A stretch of DNA of 64,000 bases from Eledone cirrhosa (taxonomy: Eukaryota), in the NCBI GenBank assembly GCA_964016885.1, contig OZ024746.1, positions 35,464,001 to 35,528,000 of the forward strand, given 5' to 3'. Both the position numbers and the translations under genes were made by a program. The notes under the pieces are model-generated. The model made no database searches and was not told where the DNA came from. It worked only from the letters and a program-made list of their open reading frames with translations. Positions 12,696 to 28,185 of this stretch are shown here, in pieces. Each line of letters begins with the position of its first letter. The stretch's first letter is position 1.

Positions 12696-13334
12696 ATACT
12701 CATCTTTTAACATTTATCTGAGGGTTCTAAAACCCATTATCAGGCTAAAATTTCACCTATCAATAAATGCAATGAAGGAATAATCAATCGTTCTTTTTAT
12801 CCTTTCTATATATATATATATATATATATATCCTTTCTCTATATATATATATATACGGCCTCGATATAAATACCCCCTCCGCCTCCGTGGTATTTTTTTC
12901 GGGGTTATAAGAAGCTTAACTCTGTTTCTTGACCGCTGTATCACGTGATTGACTCCCCTTCCGCCTTTTGGGATTCTATCTCGCATCTTACAGACGTGTT
13001 TTTGAAACCCTTAATGAGGTATCCTATTGATATGTCGGCAGACATCACAAACATTCTATATCTCTGTGATGTATTGTTTTTGATTATGCCACGAAACTAC
13101 GTAGTCGAGGAATTTAGAAGCAGTTTAGGTATGATACATCTTATTACTAATTATATTTAATGTTTCTTCTCTCTTCATAATGTACCTTATAGCTCTGATA
13201 CTGGTTCAGTCTAATCCATACGGATTGGTTTGTCCCAGTTATTCATAGAGCAACATCGGTTAAGGTTGGCACCATTAACTCAAGGATAGATGTGGATATA
13301 TTCATGTATATGTGTGTGTCCGCATGTATCTGTG

Positions 13335-13557
<223 letters not shown>

Positions 13558-13574
13558 ATATATATGTATATATG

Positions 13575-13608
<34 letters not shown>

Positions 13609-13740
13609 CATGTTTAGCCTTTAACGTATGTTGTAGCTCTGGTTCATCTGAATCATCGAGCGCTTGCCACACGTCTAGGAAGTTGTTTTCATTAATTCCT
13701 AAGCCGAAATACGATTCTCGCTAATTTATATTTGTATACA

Positions 13741-13828
<88 letters not shown>

Positions 13829-14274
13829 TATATATATATATGCATGTATATATGCATGTATGTATGTATATTTATTTATATATATGCATATCAATACGTA
13901 TATAGTATACACACACACATATATATATATATATAATCACCTTTTAAACACGGTTCATGTTTGTATATCATATATTATAGGGATTTAAATACATAAACTC
14001 AGACACAGTTACACAGAAACCAATATATTAACATACATACGCTCACACACATTCAGACACGTATACATATTACCCAACATGCAATTATGTATGAATAGAA
14101 GCATTATCTATTTTCTAGCTACTCATATCCGATATTTTTCACCCGTTTATTTCCAAATTATATACTCAAGCTTACATATACCCAACATACTATCAGTTGC
14201 ACACGAATACACAAAAAATCATACACACATATATCTCTATGTATGCATGTATCCTTGTATGCAGGTTTGTAAGT

Positions 14275-14340
<66 letters not shown>

Positions 14341-14425
14341 ACACACACACTCACGCACACACAGATATATATATATATATATATATGTACATAAGTAGGT
14401 ATAGAGAAAGACACACACCATTCAA

Positions 14426-14555
<130 letters not shown>

Positions 14556-14588
14556 GTAAGTAGGTATAGAGAAAGACACACACCATTC

Positions 14589-14701
<113 letters not shown>

Positions 14702-14929
14702 CATATATATATAGACGCACATACACACATAAGTAACATAAATGTACGGTTGCGAGTGTTCAATGTGTGTATGCTTCGTTATACGTTTGTGTTTATCTAT
14801 CTTACATAATAAATTAATTTTGAAATCTTGCACATTGAAATATGAAAAATGGAAAAAAAAAATGTTCTCTTTTCTTTCGTATTAGGTAAAATTTTCCAGT
14901 AAAATAATACAAATGCAACAGCCAGAAGA

Positions 14930-15228
14930 ATATCATCAACACCACCACCATCACCACTACCTGCACCAACCCAAACAGCAGCAGTAGCAACAACAAAAAC
15001 ATAAATAGAAACAACAATAACGATGTTAATAACAATAAGAATATATAACAAGAAAAGTAACTGTCATTTTGAAAACTGCTAAAGTAAAAAAAAAAACAAA
15101 CAAACAAACGTCTTAGCATGAACTAGAACAACTTACTAAACCAGAAAATCAACAAGAACATCACCAGCATTAATAATGACAACAATAACTAAAATAATAA
15201 TAATAATAATAATAACAACAATAATAAT

Positions 15229-15260
<32 letters not shown>

Positions 15261-17225
15261 AGAATAATAAGAAGAAGAATGAGAAGAAGAAGAATAAGAA
15301 GAAGAACAACAACAACAACAACGACGACAACGACAACAACAATACCACCACCACCACCACCTCCAACAACAACAACAATGAGAAAGAGATTAATAAAATA
15401 ATAATAACGATAACATCAGCACCAACAATATTAAAAGTAGGAATATTATTATGGAAGACATAAAAATATTTTAATAATGTACGACACGTATATGTAAACT
15501 GTATTCTGCGTTCATAATTTCATAATAAATTTCGAAGAATAGCAAAAAAACCTGTCTAAAGATGGTCGTAATTCTTGAGAATAATGTGAAGACATATGTT
15601 ATTGTTAAGATGTTCAATTTGTTGTGTAGATATATAGTGGAGAGGCGGGGAGGAGGAGAGAAATGGAGGAAGAGAAAGAGAGCTGGAAAAAGAGGAGGAG
15701 AAAAAGAAAGAGAAGAAGAAGAAGAAGAAGAAGAAGAAGAAGAAGAAGAAGAAGAAGAAGAAGAAGAAGAAGAAGAAGAAGAAAAGAACAAGAAGAACAA
15801 GAAGGAAGATGATGAGGAGGAGGAGAAGAAGGAGAGGAGGAGGAATAGGAGAAGAAGAAGACGAAGAAGGAGAAGAATGAGGAGGAGTAAAAAAAGGATG
15901 ATGACGATGAAGAGGAGGGGGGAAAGAAGAAGAAGAAGAAGAAGAAGAAGGAGAAGAAGAAGAAGAAGAAGAAGAAGAAGAAGAAGAAGAAGAAGAAGAA
16001 GAAGGACACGAAGGAGGAGGAGTAGGGGAGAAAAGGGAGGATGATGATGGGGAGGAGAAGAAGAAAAAGGAGAAGGAGGAGGTGAAGAAGAAGAAGAAGA
16101 AGAAGAAGAAGAAGAAGAAGAAGAAGAAGAAGAAGAAGAAGAAGAAGAAGAAGAAGACTGGAAACAAAATCAGATTGAAATTGGGGATAATGTTAATGGA
16201 TATAATGTTGAGGAATGTGATGAAAGTGATGAAATATCAGAAGCGAAAGAATCAGTAGAAAGCGACGAAAAGATAAAAGATAAGAGGAAAAGTAAAAGAA
16301 AAGAATACATGAAGGAAGGAAAAAAAAACATCAGGAAAATATGTCGAAGAAATAAAAGGGGAAGGAAAAGAAAACCGAAGATAATAAATTATAGTCTAAG
16401 TAGGGGAAATTATAAACGTATAAAAACAAAATCATTTTTACCATTATCAACACTACCACCAACAACACTATCGCCATCACCAGTACGCCTCAACATAAAA
16501 ACCACCGCCAGCTACACCAGCACCACAAGCGCAACCAGCACCAGCAGCTACACCAGCACCACAAGCACAACCAGCACCACCACTAGCACCAACAACACCA
16601 GCACCACCACCCCGGTTACCACTACAACCACATCCACCGCCACCAGTACCAACAACAACTACCACAACCACCACTAACACTACTGCTAACATTATCACCA
16701 CCCCTACCACCCCTACCATTTCCACACCTATCACCACCACAGTTACCACCTCTACCAACACCACTACCACTACCAACACCAGTAAAACCGCCACCTATAT
16801 CTCTACGACAAGCACCACTACCAACACCATTAAAACCCCCACCATTACTAACACCACTAAAACCGCAACCACTAACAGTAAAACTACTACTACCAACACC
16901 ACCACCACCGCTACCAACACCACTAAAACCTCCACCACCAAAAGTAACACTACGACAACCACCAGCTCTACCAACACCACTAAAACCACCTCCACTAACA
17001 GTAACTCTACCACCACCACAACCACCACCAATACCAGTAACAACACAACCACCACCACCGATATCAACACCACTAAAACTACCATCACTACAAGTAACAC
17101 TACCACCACAACCACCACTACCACCACATATACCACCACCATCAACAACAAACATGATAAAACAACAAAAACGGAAATAAAACCAGAGTAAATCTTGAAG
17201 CAAAAAAAAATCAACCACAACAACA
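14930..17225. repeat. Compound trinucleotide low-complexity tract: (AAT)n/(AAC)n, (GAA)n/(GGA)n, (ACC)n/(ACT)n
   Basis: Directly visible; long pure (GAA)n runs at about 15712-15783, 15925-16003 and 16084-16157. Confidence 0.95.
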
Positions 17226-17267
17226 TTTTATCATTGTTTATGTGATGACTATTTATTCCTATTCATT

Positions 17268-17930
<663 letters not shown>

Positions 17931-18114
17931 TGTGCGTGTAATTTTATTTATGAATGTATGTGTGTGATTAGCTATCAACGAGCTCGTATAGAAATTGTTA
18001 AAAAAAAAACCATGCCAAGGTATAGCATTATTGATGTTATAAATCTCAACATGAAAATGAACGTATTGATGCTCCAATCTTTCACTCTCTTTATTTTCTC
18101 TCGCAACCACTCTT

Positions 18115-18175
<61 letters not shown>

Positions 18176-21100
18176 CTGTGTTTGTGTACGTGTGTGTCTG
18201 CATATAATATGGTATAAAATATGTATGTATTATTATATGTATTATAGTAAATGTATGTATATATATATATATGCTATATTGTATTACACAAACTCATACA
18301 CACACGCACACGCACACACGCCCCCTCCCTATACACATATATATATGAAGTTGGAGTGATATGTTATTACATGTGTTTGTTAGATTATTTTTTGCTCAAA
18401 AGTAGTCGACAATATCATAAAAAATATATATTGCTATTTTATATTTTCTCCGCATATTGCTCATAATTTATCCTTCTAGTTATCACATTGGACTCTGATT
18501 TTATTGAAACTTATAGCCATAATATAACCTCGTCCTCATACACTTATATATAGTACACATAACGAGCAAGTAGTCGAGAATATTTCACACAATGTCTGTG
18601 AGGGCAGTGCCTTGGCTCAACTATTCTTTCGTGACATACATACTGCAGGTTCTGCTCGTACATTTTTATAATCTATATAATCTATATAGAGCCAATGTTG
18701 TAGTGTCCATACTAGTCCTGTATCAAATGTATTCAGATCTTGTTTAAATTCCTCCATCTTGTTTTAAAAGAAACTCATGAATATAACTTGAGCTTCATAA
18801 ATTCATGAGGTACTTCGCTATCGATTTCTGTAACAGAATGCAATACTACGCTTTGCAAAGCAAGTGGCCTGATGGACTCCGTTCTGTACTGGGTATACGA
18901 TGCAAAAAATGTACTAAGATATAGTTATGGAACCCCCATCAATAGAAATTTACGCATATGCACAAGCATGCAGATACGCAAATACACACACAATAATTAT
19001 ATATAGGTGATTTTCAAGGACCCATTTTGATTGTAGTAATATCACTTCGTCGCATGTTCAAGTTCAAACGTTTTGTATATTCAACGCTGTTAGATTATGG
19101 CAACATTACGTCTCCAGTTCTTATAAAGGTTTTGAGCAAGCTTCTTATATTCAGAAACTACATGTATCATCGTCTCTTTTTTTAACTACATATTCTACAT
19201 GTAACCAGGATGATTGCCGTATCCATATTCTTTCTGATATAATAATTGGACTTGCATTGCTAACATTAAACTTTCAAACCCCACCTCTTTTATAGCCATC
19301 GGAATGTGTAAGCTCTTCGGTTCCTGTCGTTGCTTTCTACTTTTGAGGACTTGTTCCCCTTCCTTCATTTAGTCTTTCTTCTTCGCGTATTGCTAATAAG
19401 GACATCACTTCATTGACGACATACTTCCCCAGTCTCTCAAGTTTTAATAATTTGAATCTTGAAAACTTTTATTTTTCTTTGGAAAACAAACGATAAATGC
19501 GTGTTGAAAAATTATAATGTTCGATGTGGAAGAAGACGGGAAAGAAGGAGAGGAACAGAGATCACTAGAGGTGATGAGAACAAATATGGGAAAGAGAAAC
19601 ACAGACAATGTTTTACATGAGGCCACTGCCATCAATGAAACCATGACAACGTTAGTTGTAAAACATGCCAAACAATACGCCCACCCACATCACCTCAAAC
19701 AACAAAATTAACAATAAACACAACGAACTTAAGACGAAAGAAAAAATTAGAGACAAGCTACCACCTACCACACACATTACCATTACCACCTGCCACACTA
19801 TAAATCCCCCCGCAAAAGAAAACACCACTGCTACTATTGGAAAAGCTAGCTGCTTCACGGGTGTTGGAAGAAAATCGAACAGGTTTGTTTAAATGAAAAA
19901 CTTGTAAACTTGGAAGCTGAAAATATTATACACAGAGAACGTAGGAAATCTGCATAAACTGTTCTGTCAGATCTCCTGGAAGAAAATACCGCGTAAACAA
20001 TTAACTATAGGTGTATGCGTATTAGAAAACAGCATAATTCAAATCATCTTTAATGTACAGCTAGAATTAATATCGAAAAAGGAGCTGGAGTCTAGCAGAT
20101 ATAGCTCAAGATCCATGCTGTATAGAAGTGCGAAAATGAGTTTCCTCCTGGAAAAAAAAAAGAATGAAAGAAACAGGAATAGAGCATTCTATTGTACCGT
20201 AATGGAATGATGATGTTAAGCATCCAGACCAACGCCTGGCAAGAGGTCAACGAACAAGTATGGTATGAATGCGCAAAGCTCGTAGAGCAGATCATCCTAA
20301 CCAGACACTTTACTCTTCGTATAGGTCAACATCACCTCTGGTATTTCAGTGGCTGTTATCGGCCTTTGTTAATACTCCGGGTCCGTTGCCGAAAGCCGCA
20401 ACTGTCCGTCTGTGTAAGCACTGATGTCTATCCTGCGTACTAACCTACCAGTCAGACTGAATAATCGAGCAATTTGCCACAAAATAAGCGCACATATCTG
20501 ATGGAGATCGAATAGAATGCGCATATTCTGGTCCGAGAAATACCGAATGATGACTCTCGTCTCCCCATATCTACGCAGCCTTCGTGATTGGCGATCTTTA
20601 TCGATTCTACTCTAATTTCTCCTTTCTGGGCAAATCACTATTTCTTGTTTAAGATTGTACCTGTCAAAGGCGATTTAACTAAATATTTAATCAGTTGTCT
20701 GTCACTTTTGTGCACCGGGAACGAGACGTTTATCTTATAGTAACATGATATTCCCTCATATCTAAGTCGACTGTACAGATTACAACGTTTTGGTCTGTGA
20801 AGTCGATCACATTAGTTTGTGGACAATTTACGCTATTTCTACCAACTGATTACAGAATAACCTATCTAGTTTAGACCTTGATGATCCGATGTGGTTTGAC
20901 CATACCCACATTATGATTTTCGGGAAATGCAGCCGGGCCCATATAGACAGTTAAAAGCGACTGGGTATATTTACAAGGCTATTCTGCCCTTCTACAACTG
21001 CTAGCCAAAACAATCCCAGTCTACATACAAGATATGCATTCAATTTCCCATTAACGCCAAAGAGCGGGGTGTTCTTAGGAAGGTCTTCAGACGACTGATG

Positions 21101-22207
21101 ATATCTGTTCCTCTTGTCTCATGCAGGGGCCTAGATGCTGGTGGTGGTGATTGTTGTGGTGTTTGTGACGGGGAAGTGGGGGTTGCTGTTTTTTGCCTTC
21201 CAGCCTTTTCCATTTATTCTTGCCCACTATTGTGTGGGCTGGTTTTATTCTGTTTGTTTCCTTTTTGAAAGCGTTTCAATTTTCCCCAAACGACATGTCC
21301 AAGTCATCGGAATTGGGGAGTGGCATATTCACAGGCGTCATGTGTAGTAGTTCGGAGATTTTGTTATTGATGTTGTGAGAAATGGAGTTGCTGCTGTTGT
21401 ATGCCAGCAAATATACTGTGGTACGTGTTTAAAGCAGCTTAATGTTTTCCTTTTCACCTTGTTCTCCGTCTTGAATATTATACATATTCTCCAAACGAGT
21501 CTTGCTCGACCACGATACTCTATACTCGTTCTATGAATATATGCCCTCTCGGGGGCACGGAAATAATCACTACACTTTTTTGAGATGCATAATTATATTA
21601 CTTTCTTTTCTTCCGAGTGCTAAATAAAGCGCTGAGCTATGGAAGTATCTTCTATTCTCGCACAACACTGTCCTCCAGGCGTTTTCTCAGTCAGATATTA
21701 TATTTCTAAACCCGTCTGTTTGAAGTAGCTCCAGCAACAAAGGAATGTCTAACAACCTTGTCTATATTTCTCAATTCGAACTCCCAAGTCATTCATTTGC
21801 TTAACAAGACATTCTCGAGTCTCTCCTCGTCGCTGGAATACTCCAGGACATTGAGAATTATATTATTTTCTGTCAGAATTTTATTAGGATTTTCTTTTGA
21901 AATTTAAGTAATTTCCGTTTAATTTTTTTTCTTTTTGAGAGAGTGTTTTTAAACACTGTAACCTTATTGTTTGTTTTACAAGTGGCAGAAAGGTAATAAC
22001 ATTTTCTCTACAAATAATTCTTTTTATTCAAACAAAGATGGATTAATGTAAACAGTTAAATTCCAACGTCTCTATTTAGAAGTTTTGCATTAAAGATTTG
22101 TGTACGAAGATTTTTCAATAATAATTCCCCGTATAGAAGAATCGAAGGAAATATGGCTAATTATTTGAAAACATTAAGAAACAACAACAGCAATAATAAT
22201 AATAATA

Positions 22208-22410
22208 ATTGTTTCTTCTTAGGCAAAAGGCCAGAAATTTTGGGGAAGGGAAAAGTCGATTAAATCGACCCAGTGTTTTACTGGTGCATTATTTTCTCGA
22301 ACCCCTAAGGATGAAAGGTAAAGTTAACCTCGACAGATCATAAAGGGCCGTAACTCTCTGCCATGAAGCAGGGTGTCCAACGCTCTACCGATACTGCCAA
22401 TCCACCTCCC
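22208..22410 (-). mobile_element. SINE family 1
   Basis: Reverse complement of the family sequence, with (ATT)n tail at 22193-22210. Confidence 0.8.
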
Positions 22411-22429
22411 TTAACAATAATGATAATAA

Positions 22430-23190
22430 TAATTTCTTTATTAGCCACAAGGGCCGACATAAATGACAATAAAAAAGAGAGGGACAATGAGGATTTTACA
22501 AAAAATCGAGTAAATTATATAAAAACAATCAGAATAAATAATAGAAATATAACAACAAAACTCTCCAATAGGTTGTAGAACCGCATAGAGACAAATCAGG
22601 AACTCCACAAATCCTAAGCCACCCGACGCTCCGAAAGCACCCCTCCCCTCTTCAAATCAGCTAACCAAAAGGGGCATACTCAGAGGAAGCCCATTCACAC
22701 GGTCCATTCTCATATCATTTACTAACCTTTTTGCAAATGTACTGGGGGGAAGAATTTCTCTCTTACATGTGAATGAGGAATTGGCCGAAGAGGAAAGTGT
22801 CTGTCGTCAGGCCTTTCAACCTCGTCCAGCACACAGCATATTTCGCTACAGCAACCAGGCAGAAAAAAATGCCTGCCCTTCTCGGCCAAAAGTAGGTGGT
22901 AGGTCGATCTTCGCTATGGACTAGGTTGATAACCGGATCCGCCCACACGCGATAACAGCAGTTCAACATGACTCCACAATTCATTCATGCACGGACACTG
23001 GACGAGTGATTGCATCTCGAGCAGTGCCGTCTGACCACCTGTTGAGTTTGTCTCGAACGGGCAGTGACCCACGCTAGCACTGTCAAGCGAGGGATTTCTG
23101 GAATGTATCCATAGTTCCCGGTTTGAAGAGATAGGTCATTTCGATTTTGTCGATGTCTAGCGCCTCCCCAAGAGCGTTGTCACATTTATC
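22430..23190 (-). mobile_element. Degenerate L1/Tx1-like LINE 3' end
   Basis: Minus-strand peptides FQKSLA*QC*RGSLPVRDKL and FFCLVAVAKYAVCWTRLKGL resemble the Tx1/L1 ORF2 C-terminus. AATAAA at 22437-22442 (minus) then (TAT)n. Confidence 0.65.
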
Positions 23191-25454
23191 GACCACTAAT
23201 CTTCTATAGAACATATACATGAATTAGACAACACAAATGTATGCACTGAATGCTTACATTCATAGGTGACGGAACAAGATTCCAGGAAACAGACAACAAT
23301 TTAATGTCTGGAGCTTTACGAAAGTATTAGTAAAATATAGTTGTAGATTAATACAAAGATTAATGAAACGCGATAAACAGAAAAAAATACTCTCTATCAG
23401 CAAAGAGGCTGACTAATATAAACAAAGAATGTGTAGTGTTGAAAACGAAAGAAAGCAATGAAATCATTAAACAACGAAAAAAAGTGATTAAAGTCTTGAG
23501 ATAAAAATGTAGAAGGAATTAACATAAGCTTGCTGCGGTGAAACAATATATGAAACACTAAAATGTTAATCAACAAATACTAGTAATCATCAAATAATAT
23601 GTAAAGAATCCTAAAGTTTAGCTGCTGAAATTCTTTTGCATGGGAGCTTACCCCTAACAAGGCATAGATAATCAGCACTACACCTAGCATTAACCTTTCA
23701 TTGAATTCGTTGAGATTTATACGAAAATGAACAAAGAAGATGTCATCGCTCAACTCCATAGACAAGAAAAATGTTAAAGGCATCAATATCTATCCAAAAT
23801 ATCAAAAAAAAAACAAGATACAAATTTAAACAACGGATTAATCCATTTACTTCAAAGTCTGTCCAGTGTCACTAAATACCATTGTGTTTGTCCTGTCACC
23901 ATCACCAAAGATAAAGGACAATTTTTTTCGTATGAAGCACATCTCACCAGATGTAAACCTGGATTTCACTGTCTACAGGGAATCCCTTACCTTGGACAAG
24001 AACCCATCTCATATACGGTCAATTGTAACCATCTGAGTCTGGAAGACGAAGAGAGTGAAATCAGAACTCCCGGAGTTGATTGAATTTACTACCTTCGACC
24101 AAATTTAATATCACCACTGAGTAATTAGTTTGTGCTCAACAATAATTACATTAAAAATATAGATTGACAGCAGAACATGTGGCAATCATAAAGGGAAAAT
24201 AAACTATATCATTTCGGGTGTACATACTGTTTAAGCTTTAATCACAAAACATACAAGACACAAATAAATATTTACACACCCGCATGACATACCAAAGTTA
24301 GCAGCCCAATCTACATCAGAAAACACAAAACTGAACGATACAGTGAATAAAGTAAGCCTAGAAGGTATTTGGTAAAGACTCGATTGATTTTAACCATAGA
24401 TCTAGGATTGATTTGGAGCTAAGCAATAACAAAATTGGAAATTTTGTGTTTGAAACTATGCAAACATTACAAAATTAAACAGAAAACTAGTTGTGCAAAT
24501 ACAGACTACACAATTGTATCTGAAAATTGAACAAATAACGGATATCTTCGACATGCATATAATCAATAAAGTGATGCAAATGCATATGAGATGTATATTA
24601 TCGTTAGGGCCTAAGGAGATAACACCTATCACTGAAAACAAACTTCGCTCATATCATATGAAAATATCTACTGAAAAATATAGAAATTGTGTTTATGTGT
24701 AAACATTTATAAATATAAATATATAGAAAGTGAAGACAGACTGTTATATAAAAAAAAAGAAGAAATAGTCTCAGTAAAAAAAATGGATGATGTAGGATTA
24801 TATAAATTCCATTATCGAGCATAATAAATGCGAACTGCTGTGCGTGTCTCCGCATGGCGATCACGATTTGGTAAATATAATCATTGTTCTACCTTAAGTA
24901 TTTAAGTAGGTATACTGCAAAACCAAATATGTTGTTGCAAGTTCGTATCGTTCCCCTACATACTTATAGAATAGATGCCATGTAGTACCCGAGAGTCAAT
25001 GAAAAAAAAAAAATCTAAAATAAGTATGTGTTCGAATTTCATCGAATGTGCTGCGCTGTGCTGGGGAGGGGGCTATTTCTGCTAGAGTATAATTATATAT
25101 AACAGGTGGTTCAATAAAGGTGGTTATACATAGTCGCGTTCCATGAAAGAAATAGAAACCAAATTTTAATTATTTTTTATTTTATTTTGCCAATTTAATC
25201 AGGGAAATGCTTAAGAAAGACATCCAATAAAAGTAACATTAAAAGGTCAGATTATAAAATGAAGGAAGTTTACAATGAGAAGACTCAAAAACATATAAGA
25301 AATAGATATACATAGTATACAAGTACCTAAAATATTAGGTTCTAATTTAGAAGGGACTCTACATAGGATCAAACGAGAAATTATTGTCAGTATGTCTATA
25401 TAATTATATGTATATGTGTATATATGCATGCATGTGTTTGTATTAAGTTGTATG

Positions 25455-25555
<101 letters not shown>

Positions 25556-26237
25556 GTGTATTTATGAATGTATGGGTATATCTATATATGCAGAAATGTA
25601 ATTTCATTTATTTTATTTATATATCTTTGCTAATATAGGTTTTCCTAGAGTTATTTCCCTTTGAATATACATTTGAAGCCCAAAGTAGGAAATGCTTTTT
25701 TTATATAGTAATTTTCAATCACTTGCTATGCTAATGGGTATTTCTAATACGTTCCCCACACCGTGTAAGGTGGGAATTGAATTGCGGATATATTATGCTT
25801 CAACTTAATACTTTGTTGTAATACGCTAGAGATGGAGAATTGCAAGAACCTGTATATCATTTTTATGTATAGATCTTGATAATACGAATTTTCAACAATG
25901 TTGAAACATGTGTAAGGAATTAAATATGTTTTAAAACCTTTTTTTTTTCCATCTACATATTTCATTATATGTGTTATGTCTGATTTTCCAAATTTTTCTC
26001 CCTAAAATATTATCCCTTTTCTTCAGACATAAAACACACTGAGCTAATTCTGAAACTACTTGGCAATTATGTACTATCATATATAATTCTTCATATACAT
26101 TTGAGTATTGTTTGTATTTTTTTATCTTTGCTATATATATATATATAAATATATACATATATATCCATATATATGCATACACACACGCCGCACACACACA
26201 CACATATATATATATATATAGCAAATATATATATATA

Positions 26238-26271
<34 letters not shown>

Positions 26272-26897
26272 AACATAAATATATATATATATATTTACGT
26301 ATATAAATATGTATATGTGCGTGCGTCTGTGTTTAGATGTGTATATATATCATATATATATTATATGTATATATAATTATAAATATAAATATGTTTAGAT
26401 ATATGTATCTGTATTCACACACTCACACACACACACACACATACACACACACACACATACGCACACACATATGTATATATATATATATATGTATATAGTA
26501 CTCTTGCTTCTTCGCTTGTTTATTTACATAGTATCTTGGTATATGCTTCAGGCCATAACAGAGACCAAAAATATTATCGATGTATCCTTGTGGACATATT
26601 CATTAAAACTTTTTATCTATCCATCTCTATCGTTGTATTTTCGTCTGACATTCTTAAAGTCTGTTTACATTGCTGTCTATGCGTGTATAAGTATATATGT
26701 ATGTATGTGTTGTAACACATTGTTGAAGAAGAGGCCCCCGATCTTGCATTCTTTGCATACGAAAAAAATATAGGAATTCATTGTGAATGAAATATCTGAA
26801 ATGTCACACTAAAACTCATGGCTGACTAAGTAATATTGCTCATCTTAGCGTGGAAACTGTATCAATCATATACATACATACATTCATACACCCCCCC

Positions 26898-26933
<36 letters not shown>

Positions 26934-27185
26934 CATAAGAGAACATTTAATGTAGCTGATTTGTGACGATACAACATGCTTTCACCTCTTCCGTTTGATT
27001 ATATTTGTGTTAGTTTCGTACGCATTAAGATGCCAACCCGAGTTACTCGTACCGAAACCCCTCCCCTCACACACATATATACACAAATGCACATACACGC
27101 GCTTACACATCTACGCATATATATACGTAGGTGTATATACATCATTGGAATGCACACGCACACAAGTTTACCTGTATTATATACG

Positions 27186-27218
<33 letters not shown>

Positions 27219-27860
27219 CTGTATGCGGAATTGTTGGTATATGAAATACACACATTTATTTATGTGTGTTTATACATATAATGAAGAACGAAACAAAGAA
27301 ATAGGGAAAGATAAAAGATCGTGCAAATTTAGGAATTTTGTTCAACGCCCAAGGGAAGTAGGAAATATTCAATGCATAATGTTTCGGGCTACGCTTTTCT
27401 TTAGATACTAGATAAAGAACAACGAAAGATGCAACAACACAGAAATAACAATTACAAAGGAAGAGAAGAAGATCGTGTATGAACTTTGTCTGCAACGTGA
27501 TGATTGAGTGGTAAAGGTTTAAAGACCTAAGTGTGATTTTAATGTAAGTACAAATGCACGTTTAGCTTCCTGTGAACGTGTAATCAAAATAGATAGAAGC
27601 ATACAGACACCTTATAGACAAAGCGTACACACATACACATGATATATATATTTTGAGGCATACATATTCAGGCAGACCAATATATTTGGGTACATACATG
27701 TACGCATATACACACAAGTACTGTCACTGGAATGCACACGCACACCACAGGTTCACCTGCATTATATACGTATATGTATATAATTTTCTTTTCCTTTTCT
27801 ACGGAAATACTTAACACACAGTACGGAAGTACTCTCACACACATATATATATCCACACAC

Positions 27861-27950
<90 letters not shown>

Positions 27951-27953
27951 TTA

Positions 27954-27990
<37 letters not shown>

Positions 27991-28127
27991 CACATATATC
28001 TGTGTATATATATATATATGTGTGTGTGTGTGTTAAGTATTTCCGTAATGTTTTAACTCTTATATATATATATATATATTATAAAATAACAGGAGACTGG
28101 ACTGGTGTAATTCCTTAAAGGTTTATT

Positions 28128-28185
28128 ATACTATGATCATTTCAATGACCGGGTTCAGCAAGAATCCAGTGACATCATCAGGTAT
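28128..28185 (-). ncRNA. Type I hammerhead ribozyme
   Basis: ATAC-CTGATGA-TGTCACTGGATTCTTGCTGAACCCGGTCATT-GAAA-TGATCA-TA-GTAT then AATAAA; near (TA)n. Confidence 0.8.

Larger units (their letters stand above)
12491..12754. repeat. 129-bp-arm inverted repeat containing two divergent tRNA-like heads
   Basis: Arms 12491-12619 and 12626-12754 with a 6-nt spacer and few mismatches. Confidence 0.95.

Noticed and set aside
15562-16044. 160-aa E/K/R-rich ORF
   Set aside because: Product of (GAA)n/(GGA)n repeats; open in several frames on both strands.
16309-17226. Thr/Pro-rich mucin-like or Gly/Val-rich ORFs
   Set aside because: Degenerate (ACC)n tract with frame-breaking stops and no clear splice boundaries.
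19900-20620. Possible RTE-like remnant (DSRLP, WQE words)
   Set aside because: Too degenerate to align convincingly by eye.
24085-24130. 2A-like peptide LLSGDIKF on the minus strand
   Set aside because: Lacks the required NPGP and has no supporting ORF.
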